A DNA stretch of 64,000 nucleotides from Anaeramoeba ignava BMAN (GCA_028826165.1 JAPDFW010000063.1:1-64000), one strand, 5' to 3'. Shown: positions 24,401-37,784, counted from the first letter of the stretch. The notes: generated by a model not told the origin, from the letters alone. Numbers and translations: made by a program.

Positions 24401-24932
24401 TGTCAGCATTTTCCATACGTTTGCATTACCATATTTCTTAATGCATTCATCATAAAAACCATAAACTTGAGTTATAGGTCTGCTCTCATGATTTCCACGA
24501 AGTAAAGTAATTCTACTTGGATAACGAACTAAGATCAACAAAAAAACAGAAAAAAAAACAGAAAAAGATGAGTACAAAAAAATGATGATCTAAAAAGATG
24601 CTTTTCAAATGAGAAAAAATGGCAAAACCTTTCATAGCAATAAGACAAGTAACTGTTTCGATGGAATATAAGCCTCGATCTACATAATCTCCCATAAATA
24701 AAAAATTCGTATCTGGGCATTTGCCTGTGATCCTGAAAAGCTCTAGAAGATCAGGAAATTGTCCGTGTATGTCTCCGCATATCGTCACAGGACAGGAAAT
24801 TGGAACAACGTTAGGTTCTTTTAATAGTAATTCTTGAACTTTTGAACAAAGTTGTTTAACTTCAACTTCAGGAAGTGGTTCGTATGAAAGAAGTTGTTCA
24901 ATTTGGTTGTCTAATTGGTTCAAATATTCCAT
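21500..24932 (-). CDS. PP2A-family Ser/Thr phosphatase catalytic subunit; exons 24932-24629, 24528-24356, 23562-23308, 23238-23120, 21569-21500
   Basis: [53 protein letters not shown], and the C-terminal PEYFL* typical of PP2A/PP4/PP6. Confidence 0.95.
21600..23118 (-). repeat. Intronic 11-bp minisatellite with the same units as the nuoE intron, inverted on the chromosome
   Basis: The + strand reads ATCAATTTTAT/ATTAATTTTAT/ATCAATTTTAA; fills the last PP2A intron. Confidence 0.95.
23570..24325 (-). repeat. Intronic (AAAATT)n/(ACAATT)n hexamer array
   Basis: Fills PP2A intron 2. Confidence 0.9.
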
Positions 24933-25087
24933 TTTAAAAATTGAAGTAAAGAAAGAAAAAATAAGAGAAAAAGAAAAAAAAAGCAAAAAAAAAAATGATT
25001 TTTTAATTTTTTTAATTTTTTTAATTTTTTTAATTTTTTTAATTTTTTTAATTTTGCTTTTCAAAAAAATAAAAACAAATAAACATA

Positions 25088-25890
25088 TAATTATAAATTT
25101 ATTTGAATTAATTATAAATTTAATTATAAATTTAATTATAAATTTAATTATAAATTTAATTATAAATTTAATTCTAAATTTAATTATAAATTCCTTGATA
25201 AATTCCTTGATTATAAATTTAATTATAAATTTAATTATAAATTTAATTATAAATTTAATTATAAATTTAATTATAAATTTAATTATAAATTTAATTATAA
25301 ATTTAATTATAAATTTAATTATAAATTTAATTATAAATTTAATTATAAATTTAATTATAAATTTAATTATAAATTTAATTATAAATTTAATTATAAATTT
25401 AATTATAAATTTAATTATAAATTTAATTATAAATAATTATAAATTTCATTATAAATTTAATTTAAATTTGTTTATAAATTTAATTATAAATTTAATTATA
25501 AATATAATTATAAATTTTATTATAAATTTAATTATAAATTTTATTATAAATTTTATTATAAATTTAATTATAAATTTTATTATAAATTTTATTATAAATT
25601 TAATTATAAATTTTATTATAAATTTAATTATAAATTTAATTATAAATTTAATTATAAATTTAATTATAAATTTAATTATAAATTTATTTGGATTGATTTG
25701 TAAATATTATTATAAATTTAATTATAAATTTAATTATAAATTTAATTATAAATATAATTATAAATTTAATTATAAATTTAATTATAAATTTAATTATAAA
25801 TATAATTATAAATTTAATTATAAATTTAATTATAAATTCCTTGGTAAATTGATTTATAAATTTAATTATAAATTTAATTATAAATTTATT
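25088..25890. repeat. 12-bp minisatellite ATTATAAATTTA
   Basis: Lies between the formin stop and the PP2A start. Confidence 0.9.
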
Positions 25891-25928
25891 TGAATTGATT
25901 TGTAAATTGATTTGTAAATTTATTTGAA

Positions 25929-28900
25929 TTAATTTGTTTTTTTTTGAAATTTTTCAAAAGCTTTCATTAATGAATTATCATTTGTTTTCTCTTGATTAAA
26001 TTGATGAGAACTTTTTTGATTTTGTGATTTTTTTGTATTTTGTGATTTTTTTATATTTTGTAATTTTTTTATATTTTGTCGTTTTTTGCTCTTTTTTTCT
26101 AATTTTTGCTTTTCTAATTCCATTTTTTTTTTGAAAACTTGATTTGATTTTTTAATTTCCTCAAAGAAAATTTTAAAATAAGAAAAAAAACTTTGAGTAG
26201 AAGGAATTGAACGAACATTTTCACCAAAATAAACAACAACAGACTTAAAAAGATCATGAGTTTTCACAATATCATTTTCCAAAACATCAATTTGCTTATT
26301 AAATCTATTAAGAAGAGGTGAAAATTTTTTATTAAAAATTTCATCTTGAATTTCAGCTTGATCTTTTTGGATTTTTCCCATTTTGGATTTTAACTCTTGA
26401 ACTGTCATTTGCAAAGCAGGAAAATCTTGGTTAATTCTTCTTACGGTTTCAAATTCATAAGAAGTGTCAACGGAATCGGGGAATTTTTGTGAAACAACAG
26501 AAACTAAATAATCAATAAATGTTTTTTTAAGATCATATGTTTTTGCATCTTTTAATTTTGCTAAAATTTCCATCTTAAATCCAGGTACATTTGCTTTTGA
26601 CTTTTTGCGTGAGTTCAAAAAATTCCCAATAACAAGAATATATGCCAGTAAAGTTACCAATTTCTTTGATTCTTGAATCATTGTTGATGCATTATAAATA
26701 TTTTTCAACTCAAGAACAAGTTCATCAAGTTTTTCTTGAAAATCATATTGAAATTCGAGCGCTTCAATTCTTTGTATTAAATTTTGCGCTTTCAAAGCTT
26801 CATAAACAAACTGGTCTTGTTGAGAATATTCCTTGATATTCCCTTGGAAAGTACTAAATGCTTCACTTTCGTCTTTTGTTGGAAGTATTGATTTAATTGA
26901 TGGAATTCGATCACTAGTGATAATTTTATCATTAAAAACTAGGATATTATGAATCAATTGTTGAGGTGTTGTGTTCCATGATTTCAAGAGTGTTCCGATT
27001 GTCTGAAGCCTGTTCGAATTCAGAAGAGTGTTTATTTGCTTCTTCTTGGTTTTTTCTGATTCAATAACTTTTTTTGCTAAACTGGATTTCCGTTTTTCTG
27101 ATCTAAATAGATCCTCAAGTTCTTTTGGATTGGGTTCAATTTTATTCTTGATAATGTATTCGGGAATGTTTTTCCATATGGTTTTTCCAATTAAATTTTG
27201 TGGTATTTTCTGCCAAAAAATTGGTCTAACATCAATACTTGCTTTGAATTTTTCGAATAGTAATTGATTTTCTGTAGACATCATTGGTGGAGGTGGAATT
27301 CCTGAATTTGGACCAAATGAAGGTGGTGGAGGTGGAATGCTTGAATTCGGACCAAATGAAGGTGGTGGAGGTGGGATATTTGATTTATTTTCAATTTGAT
27401 TTTTAATTTGATTTTCATTTTGATTTTCTTTTTGATTTTCTTTTTGATTTTCTTTTTGATTTTCATTTTGATTTTCTTTTTGATTTTCTTTTTGATTTTG
27501 ATTTTCATTTTGATTTTCATTTTGATTTTGATTTTGATTTTGATTTTGATTTTCTTTTTGATTTTCTTTTGTTTTGTCAAAAGTATCACTAATAAAAGAT
27601 GTTACTTCTGAAAAATTTACATCTTCAAATTCAAGATCTGATATTGATTCATTTACATTTATTGAATTTTCAGTTTTTTTTTTATTTTCTTGATCACCAA
27701 AATCAAATTCTTCAAAACTTAAATCATCTTGAGGATCATTTTCTGAAATATCACCTTTTGTTTGACTTGTAACTTCAGTATTGTTATTACTGATATTATT
27801 ACTACTAATAATAATACTATCATCGTTATTATGTTTATTATTTTCATTATTTTCATTATTTTCATTATTTTCATCATTTTCATCATTTTCATCATTTTCA
27901 TCATTTTCATCATTTTCATCATTTTTATCATTTTTATCATTTTTAAATTCACTTTTTTTCTCTTTCATATCTCTTTTTGAATCGTTATTTATTGTCAATT
28001 CTTCTCGGATTTTATGTGACAATGCTTGTTCATATTCTGGATTTATTAATTCAATTTCATCTTGTAAATTTTGAATTTCTGATTGAATTTGAAATTTTTT
28101 TTGCTTTTCAATATTAGGATCCAAAAGTTCTTGTTGGAGGTTAGAAACTTTTTCAAGAACAGATATTCTATGTTGATAATTGATGTTCTGCGATTCCAAG
28201 AAGTTTGAAATGAATTTTTCGGTTTGGAGAATAGCTAAATTACTAGTAAATTGCTTTTTTTCTTCAAAATTTGCATTTGCAAATTTCATATCTAATTTCA
28301 AAGTAAGATCGGGAATTGATTCAATTAGCTTTGATATCAAATTCTTCACAAGAATCCATAAAGGTTCTGCATTCATTTCTTCTGAAAGTTTTGAAAAGTT
28401 GTTTAAAATGGAAATAAAAAATCTGTATTCAGGCCGATTTTTGATTCTATTATTGATAATATCGAATAACTCCGATCCTTCTATTTCTTCATCAACATTG
28501 ATTCCTGAATTACGATCAATTTGCTTTTGTTCATAATACCTTTCAATTTCATTCTCAATATCTTGATTTTTTCTTTTCTTAAGATGTAAATCAATCCATT
28601 TTTCAGATCCAAATTTGATCAATCTTTTTCTAATTTCCACTCTTTTTTCATCATCAAGTTCATTAAGAATTAATGTGTTAATAAATTGCATAAATTTTTG
28701 TCCGAATTTTGGATCATCAACTTGAGAAGCAAATCCAAATAAATTTTCAATTTGAATGATCCGACTTGTTAAATTTGGATAAATTAATTTGTGAATAATA
28801 TCACTAAATAGCAAAAGAAAGAAAAAAAAAAAGAGGAATAAATTACAATTAACCCACGATTATTATTGATTCTATTTTAATAAAAGGAATTAAATACTGG

Positions 28901-30856
28901 TGTGTATCTGGTGAAAAATCACAAATAACTGATAATATTTTAAAAACACTTCCCTTTGCTGTTGTATTTTTGGATTGGAGAAGAATAGTGATAAAATTAT
29001 CAATATAATCAGCTCTATTCACAATATAGATCAATCCGACTGTTTTTGCAAGGATTGCCTTGATAAATTTAAGTGTGGCTACTTGTCTTTTTAACGTGAG
29101 TTTTGATTGTGATTTTTGGATAGTTTCATAAAGAATCCCAAACAAGTTATCCATTCCACCGTTATCAACAAATTTTTCGATGGAGAATGAAGGATGCTTT
29201 GATGCTTTAGTTAGATATGAAAGAAGCCAAGGCACAGGATATTTAGTCATTAGAGTATCAACTACATCTTCATTTGCAAATTCATTTAAATTCTAAATGA
29301 TGTTTTTTATTTCATTGAATATTATTTAATTTATATTTTAATTTATTTGAATTTTAATTCAATATTATTCTACTTGAGAAATATCTTTGGTTTCAACTAT
29401 ATTATCTTTTCTTGAAATTTTTTGAGTATCATAAAATGTAAACATATAAGAAATATTTCTTTCAGCTCCTTGTGTTTTTCTAACAAGTTCAATCATATCT
29501 CCTGATGTTAACTTTGTAATTTTATTTTCTCCTAATCTTTTTCCATTAACAAATATTCCAAATTGACTTTTACTTTGGATTTTACATTCCATGCCTTTTC
29601 TTGATATAATGCAATGTATTTTAGAAAATTCTTGATTTCCAAAACGAACTTGGCAATTTTTACTTCTTCCAATTTTTATTGGATTTCCATAAATTTCAAA
29701 TGAATTATCTTGCGGAGATAGACTTTTATAAATAATTTAATAAATAATTTTATAAATAATTTAATAATTAATTTAATAAATAATTTAATAAATAATTTTA
29801 TAAATAATTTAATAATTAATTTAATAAATAATTTAATAAATAATTTTATAAATAATTTAATAATTAATTTTATAATTAATTTTATATTTAATTTTATAAA
29901 TAATTTTATAAATAATTTTATAATTAATTTTATAATTAATTTTATAATTAATTTTATATATAATTATATAAATAATTTTATAAATAATTTTATAAATAAT
30001 TTTATATTTAATTTTATATTTAATTTTATATTTAATTTTTATATTTAATTTTTATATTTAATTTTATAAATAATTTTAATAAATAATTTAATAAATAATT
30101 TAATAAATAATTTTTATATTTAATTTTATAAATAATTTTATAAATAATTTAATAAATAATTTTATATATAATTTATAAATAATTTTATAAATAATTTTAT
30201 AAATAATTTTATATATAATTTTATATTTAATTTTATAAATAATTTTATAAATAATTTTATAAATAATTTTATAAATAATTTTATATATAATTTTATATTT
30301 AATTTTATAAATAATTTTATATTTAATTTTATAAATAATTTTATAAATAATTTAATAATTAATTTTATAAATAATTTTATAAATAATTTTATATTTAATT
30401 TTATAAAATAATTTTATATTTAATTTTATAAATAATTTTATAATTAATTTTATAAATAATTTTATAATTAATTTTATATTTAATTTTATAAAATAATTTT
30501 ATAAATAATTTTATAAATAATTTTATAAATAATTTTATATATAATTTTATAAATAATTTTATAAATAATTTTATAAATAATTTTATAAATAATTTTATAA
30601 ATAATTTTATAAATAATTTAATAAATAATTTTATATATAATTTTATAATTAATTTTATAATTAATTTTATAATTAATTTTATAAATAATTTTATAAATAA
30701 TTTTATAATTAATTTTATAATTAATTTTATAATTAATTTTATATATAATTATATAAATAATTTTATAAATAGTTTTATATATAATTTTATAAATAATGTT
30801 AAACAAAAATGGTTCGATTACCTAATTAATCTACTCCAAGGTTCTTCAGTAGTCAT
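25929..30856 (-). CDS. Formin with N-terminal FHA domain, GBD/FH3-like region, FH1 and FH2 (introns 29723-30821 and 29293-29373; unresolved junction ~28804-28860)
   Basis: FHA: IKIGRSKNC....FSKIHC...FGIFVNG. GBD-like: IEKFVDNGGMDNL. FH1: (IPPPPPSFGPNS)x2 + IPPPP. FH2: RPIFWQKI, TIW, LEDLF, LAYILVIGNFLN, GFKMEILAKLKDAK, YFGE, FF..F..F. Confidence 0.82.
29725..30795 (-). repeat. Intronic 12-bp minisatellite (sense AAAATTATTTAT)
   Basis: Fills formin intron 1. Confidence 0.9.
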
Positions 30857-30962
30857 TTTATTTAAATTTAATTTGAAAAAAAGCAAAAAAAAAAAGTAAT
30901 TAAAGCTCCCCTCCCACTCCACATAATGACTCATTTTGATGATTTTAAATTTGTATATAGAA

Positions 30963-31004
<42 letters not shown>

Positions 31005-31176
31005 GTTTTTTTTTTTCTTTTTGTTTTTCAAATCTTTTCTCGAAACAATAAAATTCCAATCCAAAACAAAATATCACTTTTTAAATTTCTCTTTTTTTGG
31101 ATTAATTTCTAATTTTTTCTCTCATTTTTATCTTTTAATTTTCTTTTTGCTTTTTTTAATTTTTTTTCTTTTTGAA

Positions 31177-32366
31177 ATGGAAAATACTCATGACCAAAAT
31201 ATTCTTGACCAATATGCTCTTGAGCAAAAGATTCATGCACAAATTTCCCGAAAAAGATACAATTCAAATAAAAAATTTGTACAGGTTCCAATCCAATTGT
31301 TTAATCAACTAACCGGAATGAAAATTCAATTAAATTTTAAAAGTTTGGGTGATGTTATTCAGCATCTTTTCAATAATTTTCAAAACAAACTAATCAGCAA
31401 AGATACTGACCCAAAATTTAAGTTTTTTGAAACTGAGGTTTTTTCAAGAGGAAAAAGAAAAAAAGATTACCAAGAATCAGATGTAATTGAAAAAATATCT
31501 TTATTTACTCAGTAATCCCCTTTATCAAAAGGGTTTCAAACACCTTCTTTTTTTTCAATTCTTAGTTCACTGGATTTGTATACAACGAAAGCTTCATTGA
31601 TATCCAAAATCAAAATCCCTTATCTCAACCTTCCTTCTCAAATGAAAATCAAAATCAAAACACCGAAAACAGCAACGACCCCTTGGATCACATCTTCGAT
31701 TCTCAATTCGAAAAGTAAATTTTACTTATTTTCATTTGGATATTCTTGAAAATATTAAATATAGGAAATCAACTATTGGTACGCCTTTTCCACATCTTTA
31801 TCCCTTTTCTATATTAGTTCCAATTCACAAGAAAATGCAAATGTTCCACCAAATATTGAAACAGACAAATTAATGAAAATTGAAGATAAAATTGAGTTAG
31901 GACTGTAAAAAAGTTTAATTTCCCACTTCCAATAATCTAAACTCCTTATCTTTGTCAAAAAATTTTTTATATTAATCATAATAAATTGGTTCACTCAATC
32001 CATCCTTCTATACTTACATGAAAAAAGAAATGATAATGATGATAATAATAATAATAATAATGATAATTTATATTGATAATGATAATGATAATGATAATGA
32101 TAATGAAAATGATAATGATAATGATAATTATAATGATAATGATAATGATAATGGTAATAATGATAATTATAATAATTATAATGATAATGATAATGGATAA
32201 TGATAATATAATGATAATGATAATAATGATAATGGTAATGGTAATGATAATGATAATGATAATGATAATGATAATGGTAATGATAATGATAATGATAATG
32301 ATAATGATAATGATAATGATAATGATAATGATAATGATAATGATAATGATAATGATAATGATAATG

Positions 32367-32422
<56 letters not shown>

Positions 32423-32452
32423 GGTAATAATAATGTAATGATAATGATAATG

Positions 32453-32484
<32 letters not shown>

Positions 32485-34128
32485 GATAATGATAATGATA
32501 ATGGTAATGATAATGGTAATGATAATGGTAATGATAATAATGGTAAATAATGATAATGGTAATAATAATGATAATGATCAAAGTAATCATAATAGTCAAT
32601 CCAATTCTTCTCAAAAAATGAGTCTTGGAATCGGAAAAACCATCATCGAAGAAAAAGTAAGTGGAATTTCAGAATAAATTAACGAATTTTCTACTTTGTA
32701 TATCTTTTCATTTTTAGTCAAACGAGCTGAGTTGATTCTAGAATACGAGTTCTTAATTCTTATAAAAAATGGATTAAAAAAGAGAATCAAATTATTTTCG
32801 TAGAACGAGATCAATTGATAAAATTGATCAAGAGATGTCCTACGTGTGGCTCACAAATTTCCAAAGTAGAAGGTAGGCGAGGACCAGGACATCATTATGA
32901 AATGTATTGGGAGTGCAAAAAAAATAACCATTGTGGGATATGGACTTCTTCATCGAAAACATGCACAAATCAGAAAATAATTAACTTGAAATTTCAAAAT
33001 GCCATTTTTTTAAGTGGAATCCATTTTGAAGCTTATGAAAGGTTCCTAGGTATTCTTGAATCAAAACCAGTTTCAAAAACTAGTTATTTTAACTATCAAA
33101 AGCAGTTGATTACACAAGTAATATTTCAAATTGAAGATCAATCAAATCGAGGAAACTCAAAATATATTTTAGGTTATAGAAATCACAAATAGGAAACTCC
33201 AAAAGCTGAGAACAAAATGTGGAGGAAGACAGCTCGTAATTTTGGTAGATGGACGATGGTCGCGCCCCCAAAGAAATAAGACGAAATCAGAAGGTTATTT
33301 TTGTACGGTGATTGCTATTGATTCACTAACGGGATATGTTATAGCTGTCTGCACGAAAACTCGCAAAAAAAAAGAAGAAGACAAAGGGAAACTCGAAGCG
33401 CAATGCGTTGTGGAGGTATTGAAACAATTCCAAACCGAGAGAATATTCTTGTCGATATCATTGTCACTGATGCCGATTCATCCGTTAATAAACAAATAAA
33501 TAAATATAAATCTCCACAAACTGTACACAAATGGGATACAAGTAAGTACACAAAACTCTGTTTTAGATTCTTATTAACTTTCATTTTTAATAGAACATAA
33601 AAGAAAAATGTACTTTATCATTACAAGAGAGATTTTAAAGACAATCAACTTGTTTTTATCCAAAATGAATTCTCTCAAGTCTCATTGGAGAATTTGCGTG
33701 TCCAATGCGGTGGGCCTCTCTGATTTTCGAAATAGGATTTGGAATTGGATAGATCATCATTGTGGTGTTCATGAATTTTGTACCGAATTTTCGCAAAATC
33801 CGAAATGCACCGAACCAGAATTCAGAGATACGCAATCCAAAATTGAGGACACTCAAACAAGAGAAAGACTCGAAATTTTTCTGGACAAAGAATTCTCTCA
33901 GAACAATTAGAAAAATATTTGGGAAATTTTTCCACTAGCATTGTTGAAAGTTTTAATTCAACAATTTGGCCCTTTGTCCAAAAATTTGACATTCAAAAAT
34001 CTTATTACGCGCGTATTTCACTTGCTATTCTTAGATGGAATTTTGCGATCAAATATAACTTTCTTCAGAAAATTGCAACCCTTTTTGGCAACTATATCTC
34101 ATATCAACTTCAAAAGCACAAGAATTAA
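31177..34128 (+). pseudogene. Intron-containing Kolobok (Mutator-like DDE) transposase with two apparent frameshifts (~33440, ~33900)
   Basis: RCPTCG...WECKKNNH..WTSS zinc knuckle; INL....AIFLSG; catalytic D1 LVILVDGRWS; CTV.AID..TG.VI; LEAQC; D2 IVTDADSSV; HKWDTKH; WIDHHCGVH..C; catalytic E in STSIVESFNS...FVQK....SYYARISLAILRWN. Introns 33118-33172 and 33542-33593 restore frame. The 5' exon structure is uncertain. Confidence 0.78.
32030..32578 (+). repeat. (GATAAT)n microsatellite inside the transposase locus
   Basis: Direct reading; would encode Asp-Asn repeats if exonic. Confidence 0.92.
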
Positions 34129-34658
34129 TCCAAATTTTTCCATTTTTGATCGCATAATTATAACCACTTCATATTTCTCACACTTCTTTACTTTTTTTTT
34201 ACAATTTGTTTTCGAAAATTATTCGACAACAATTAATATGAACCAAAACTCAAACACAGATCCAATTTCTTTTTTCACTTTTTTTTTCAAAATTCAATAA
34301 AACCGTTATTTTTTTTTCTTTTTTCATTTTATTGTTTTATGAGATTTCATTTCTTTTCTTCTCAACAACTTTAGATCTTTACATGAGCTTGGAATTAAAT
34401 GATGGATTTTTTTCTTCTTTCAAAAGAAATGTTTTATCAAAAAGAAATTAAGATTCCAAAGTTTTTCTTACAAAATTCGAAGAGATATTAACTGGAGGAA
34501 TCAAGCATTAATTCCATTTCCGAGTTTCTGAGGAGATCTACACAGGTATTTTTGCCTCTTTGTTCACTTTTTCTTTTTTGAATTTTAAATGAAAAATTTC
34601 CCAAACATTATTGTTCCCTTTCTTATTTAAACTATTGGAACTAAAGTCAAAGGAAACC

Positions 34659-36078
34659 ATTAAAATTAAAATCAAAATTAATTAAAATTAAAATTAAAAT
34701 TCATTTTAAAAATTAAAATTTAAATTAAAATTAAAATTAAAATTAAAATTAAAATTAAAATTAAAATCGGATAAAAAATTAAAATCAAAATTAAAATTAA
34801 AATTAAAATTAAAAATTCATTTTAAAAATTAAAATTAAAATTAAAATTAAAATTAAAATTAAAATTATAATTAAAATTAAAATCGGATAAAAAATTAAAA
34901 TTAAAAATTAAAATTAAAATTAAAATCAAAATTAAAATTAAAATTTAAAATTAAAATTATAATTAAAATTAAATTTAAAATTAAAATTAAAATTAAAATC
35001 AAAATTTAAAATTAAAATTCAAATTAAAATTATAATTAAAATTAAATTTAAAATTAAAATTAAAATTAAAATTAAAATTAAAAATTAAAATTAAAATTAA
35101 AATTAAAAATTAAAATTAAAAATAAAAATTAAAAATTAAAATTAAAATTAAAATTAAAATTAAAATTAAAATTAAAAAAATCGGATAAAAATTAAAAATT
35201 AAAATTAAAAATCAAAATTAAAATTAAAATTAAAATTAAAATTAAAATTAAAATTTAAAAATTAAATATTAAAATTAAAATTAAAAATTAAAATTAAAAT
35301 TAAAATTAAAATTAAAATTAAAATTAAAATTAAAATTAAAATTAAAATTAAAATTAAAATTAAAATTAAAATTAAAATTAAAATTAAAATTAAAATTAAA
35401 ATTAAAATCAAAATTAAAAATTAAAATTAAAATTAAAATTAAAATCGGATAAAAATTAAATTTAAAATTAAAAATTAAAATTAAAAATTAAAATTAAAAT
35501 TAAAATTAAAATTAAAATTAAAATTAAAAAATTAAAATTAAAAATTAAAATTAAAATTAAAATTAAAATTAAAAATTAAAAATTAAAATTAAAATTAAAA
35601 ATTAAAATTAAATATTAAAATTAAAATTAAAATTAATATTAAAATTAAAATTTAAAATTGAAATTAAAATTAAAATTAAAATTAAAATTAAAATTAAAAT
35701 TAAAATTAAAATTTAAAATTAAAATCAAAAATTAAAATTAAAATTAAAAATCAAAATCAAAATTAAAATTAAAATTAAAATAAAAATTAAAATTAAATAT
35801 TAAAATTAAAATTAAAATTAAAATTAAAATTTAAAATTTAAAATTAAAATTAAAATTAAAATTAAAATTTAAAATTAAAATTAAAATTAAAATTAAAATT
35901 AAAATTAAAATTAAAATTAAAATTAAAATTAAAATTAAAAATTAATATTAAAATTAAAATTAAAATTAAAATTAAAATTAAAATTAAAATTAAAATTAAA
36001 ATTAAAACTAAAATTAAAATTATAATTAAAATTAAAATTAAAATTATAATTAAAAATTAAAATTAAAATTAAAATTAA
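34659..36078 (+). repeat. (AAAATT)n array inside the transposon
   Basis: Direct reading, with recurrent AAATCGGATAAAA interruptions. Confidence 0.93.
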
Positions 36079-37534
36079 TCTAGAAAGAAAAGGAAAGAAA
36101 ATGAAGAGGAAAAAAAGATTAATAGTAGAAAATAATACATTCTCGAAAAGGATGATAGGTTGAATTTGAAGTCAAAATTAGAAAAAAATGGGATAACAAC
36201 AAAAAAAAAGAGAAGATGAATGATATCAAATTTCAAACTTTGGAAATATTCAATTTTTATAGAAAGGAGATTAAAGGTAATCAGTTGGAGATAAATCCAA
36301 TTAAAATAATTTCCAGAATATTAAAATAATAAATGGAAGGAATTGAAACATAAGAACTTGATAAACGAATTGGAATTTAATTTTTGAAAGGAATGAAATA
36401 GAAAAAAAAATGAAATTATGTCAAAAAATATGAAAATTTTCTAACTCAAGAATAATATGATTGAAAATCTTTTTCGAATTTAAATTCAAAAAGACGAATC
36501 TTCTCTTTGTATATGAATCTTGGAATTCTCAGTATAAAGAAGTTATTTGGAATAGGATAAAACTTGAATTTGAGATTGGAAAGAAAGAAGAAAGAATTCA
36601 AAATTAATTCGAAATGACGAAAAAAGGAAGAGAAATGAAACAAAAGAGTAACAAAAAGAATTTTTCTAAAAAAAAAATAAAAAATCAATTAAAATTTTGT
36701 ATAATTTCGGAGATGAAAACAAATACAAATTTAAAACCAAATTCCAAAGAGAAATTGAAAAATGAGAAAATTGTAATTAATTTTATCGAGTAGAAATGCA
36801 TAAACGAAAAAAATGAAAACTGAAAATTTAAAAAAAAATATCTCCCACCCCGAAAAAAACGGGAGCTTTAAGAAAAAAATGAAAAATAAAAACAAAAAAA
36901 TTTTTTTTCATTTTTTTTAATTTCAATTTTACCATTTAATAATTATTATTATATATAATTTAAATAATATTTAAAAATTCTATTTAAAAATTCTAATTAA
37001 AATAAAATTAAAATTAAATTAAAATTAAAATTAAAATTAAAATTAAAATAAACGTTATTAAGAATAGAGATGATGATTTTATGTCGATAACCTTAAAAAA
37101 AAATACTATACAATACAATACAATACAAAACAATACAAAACAAGATGTTACTTAATCAAATAAATTGATTTTTTTTTTCAAAAAGCAAATTTAATTATTA
37201 ATTTAATTCAATTTAATTCAATTTAATTCAATTCAATTCAATTTAATTTAATTTAATTCAATTTAATTTAAATTCAATTCAATTCAATTTAATTTAATTT
37301 AATTTAATTAATGAATGCTTTTTGATTCTTCTTCAATCAATTATTTTGGTTACTTTTCATTCAAAATTTTTTTTAGTTTTTGTTTTATTTATTTTGATTT
37401 AAATAATGTTTTTTTTTTTTAATTTTTTTGATCAATAAAAAAATAAATAAAAATTTAAATTACAATGAAACATTGAATTAATTGTTGATTTCTTTATTAA
37501 ATTATTTTTTTTTTAATTTTCTTCTTTATTTAAT

Positions 37535-37717
37535 TAATAAACAAATTAATAAACAAATTAATAAACAAATTAATAAATAAATTAACAAATTAATTAATAA
37601 ATAAATTAATAAATAAATTAATAAATAAATTATTAAACAAATTAATAAATAAATTAATAAATAAATTAATAAATAAATTAATAAATAAATTAATAAATAA
37701 ATTAATAAACAAATTAA

Positions 37718-37784
<67 letters not shown>

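Larger units (their letters stand above)
30904..36867 (+). mobile_element. Kolobok-type DNA transposon (~5.96 kb) with TTAA target-site duplication
   Basis: Left end TTAA(30900-30903)|AGCTCCC; right end GGGAGCT|TTAA(36868-36871). These GC-rich 7-bp inverted termini stand out in very AT-rich DNA. RR...YY ends plus a TTAA TSD match the Kolobok superfamily, and the element contains a Kolobok-like DDE transposase. Confidence 0.82.

Noticed and set aside
24907-25893. 328-aa (INLI)n ORF and similar ORFs (IKIK, ILIL, FNFN, MIMI, KFIM, INFI, CKYK) across the window
   Set aside because: Stop-free translations of AT minisatellites or alternative frames of QN tracts; no domain content, and several lie within demonstrable introns.
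28849-28851. TAA reassignment (alternative genetic code)
   Set aside because: TAA terminates most conserved genes here (nuoE, PP2A, RPA2, RPS19), and long ORFs contain no internal TAA.
30900-36871. piggyBac or Sola3 assignment based on the TTAA TSD
   Set aside because: The termini are AG..CT rather than CCY..RGG or GAG..CTC, and the transposase motifs (DG.W, TD.D, D..H, E.FNS...K.....Y.AR..LA...WN) fit Kolobok.
37066-37160. Box C/D snoRNA (ATGATGA)
   Set aside because: No downstream CTGA box D or terminal stem.
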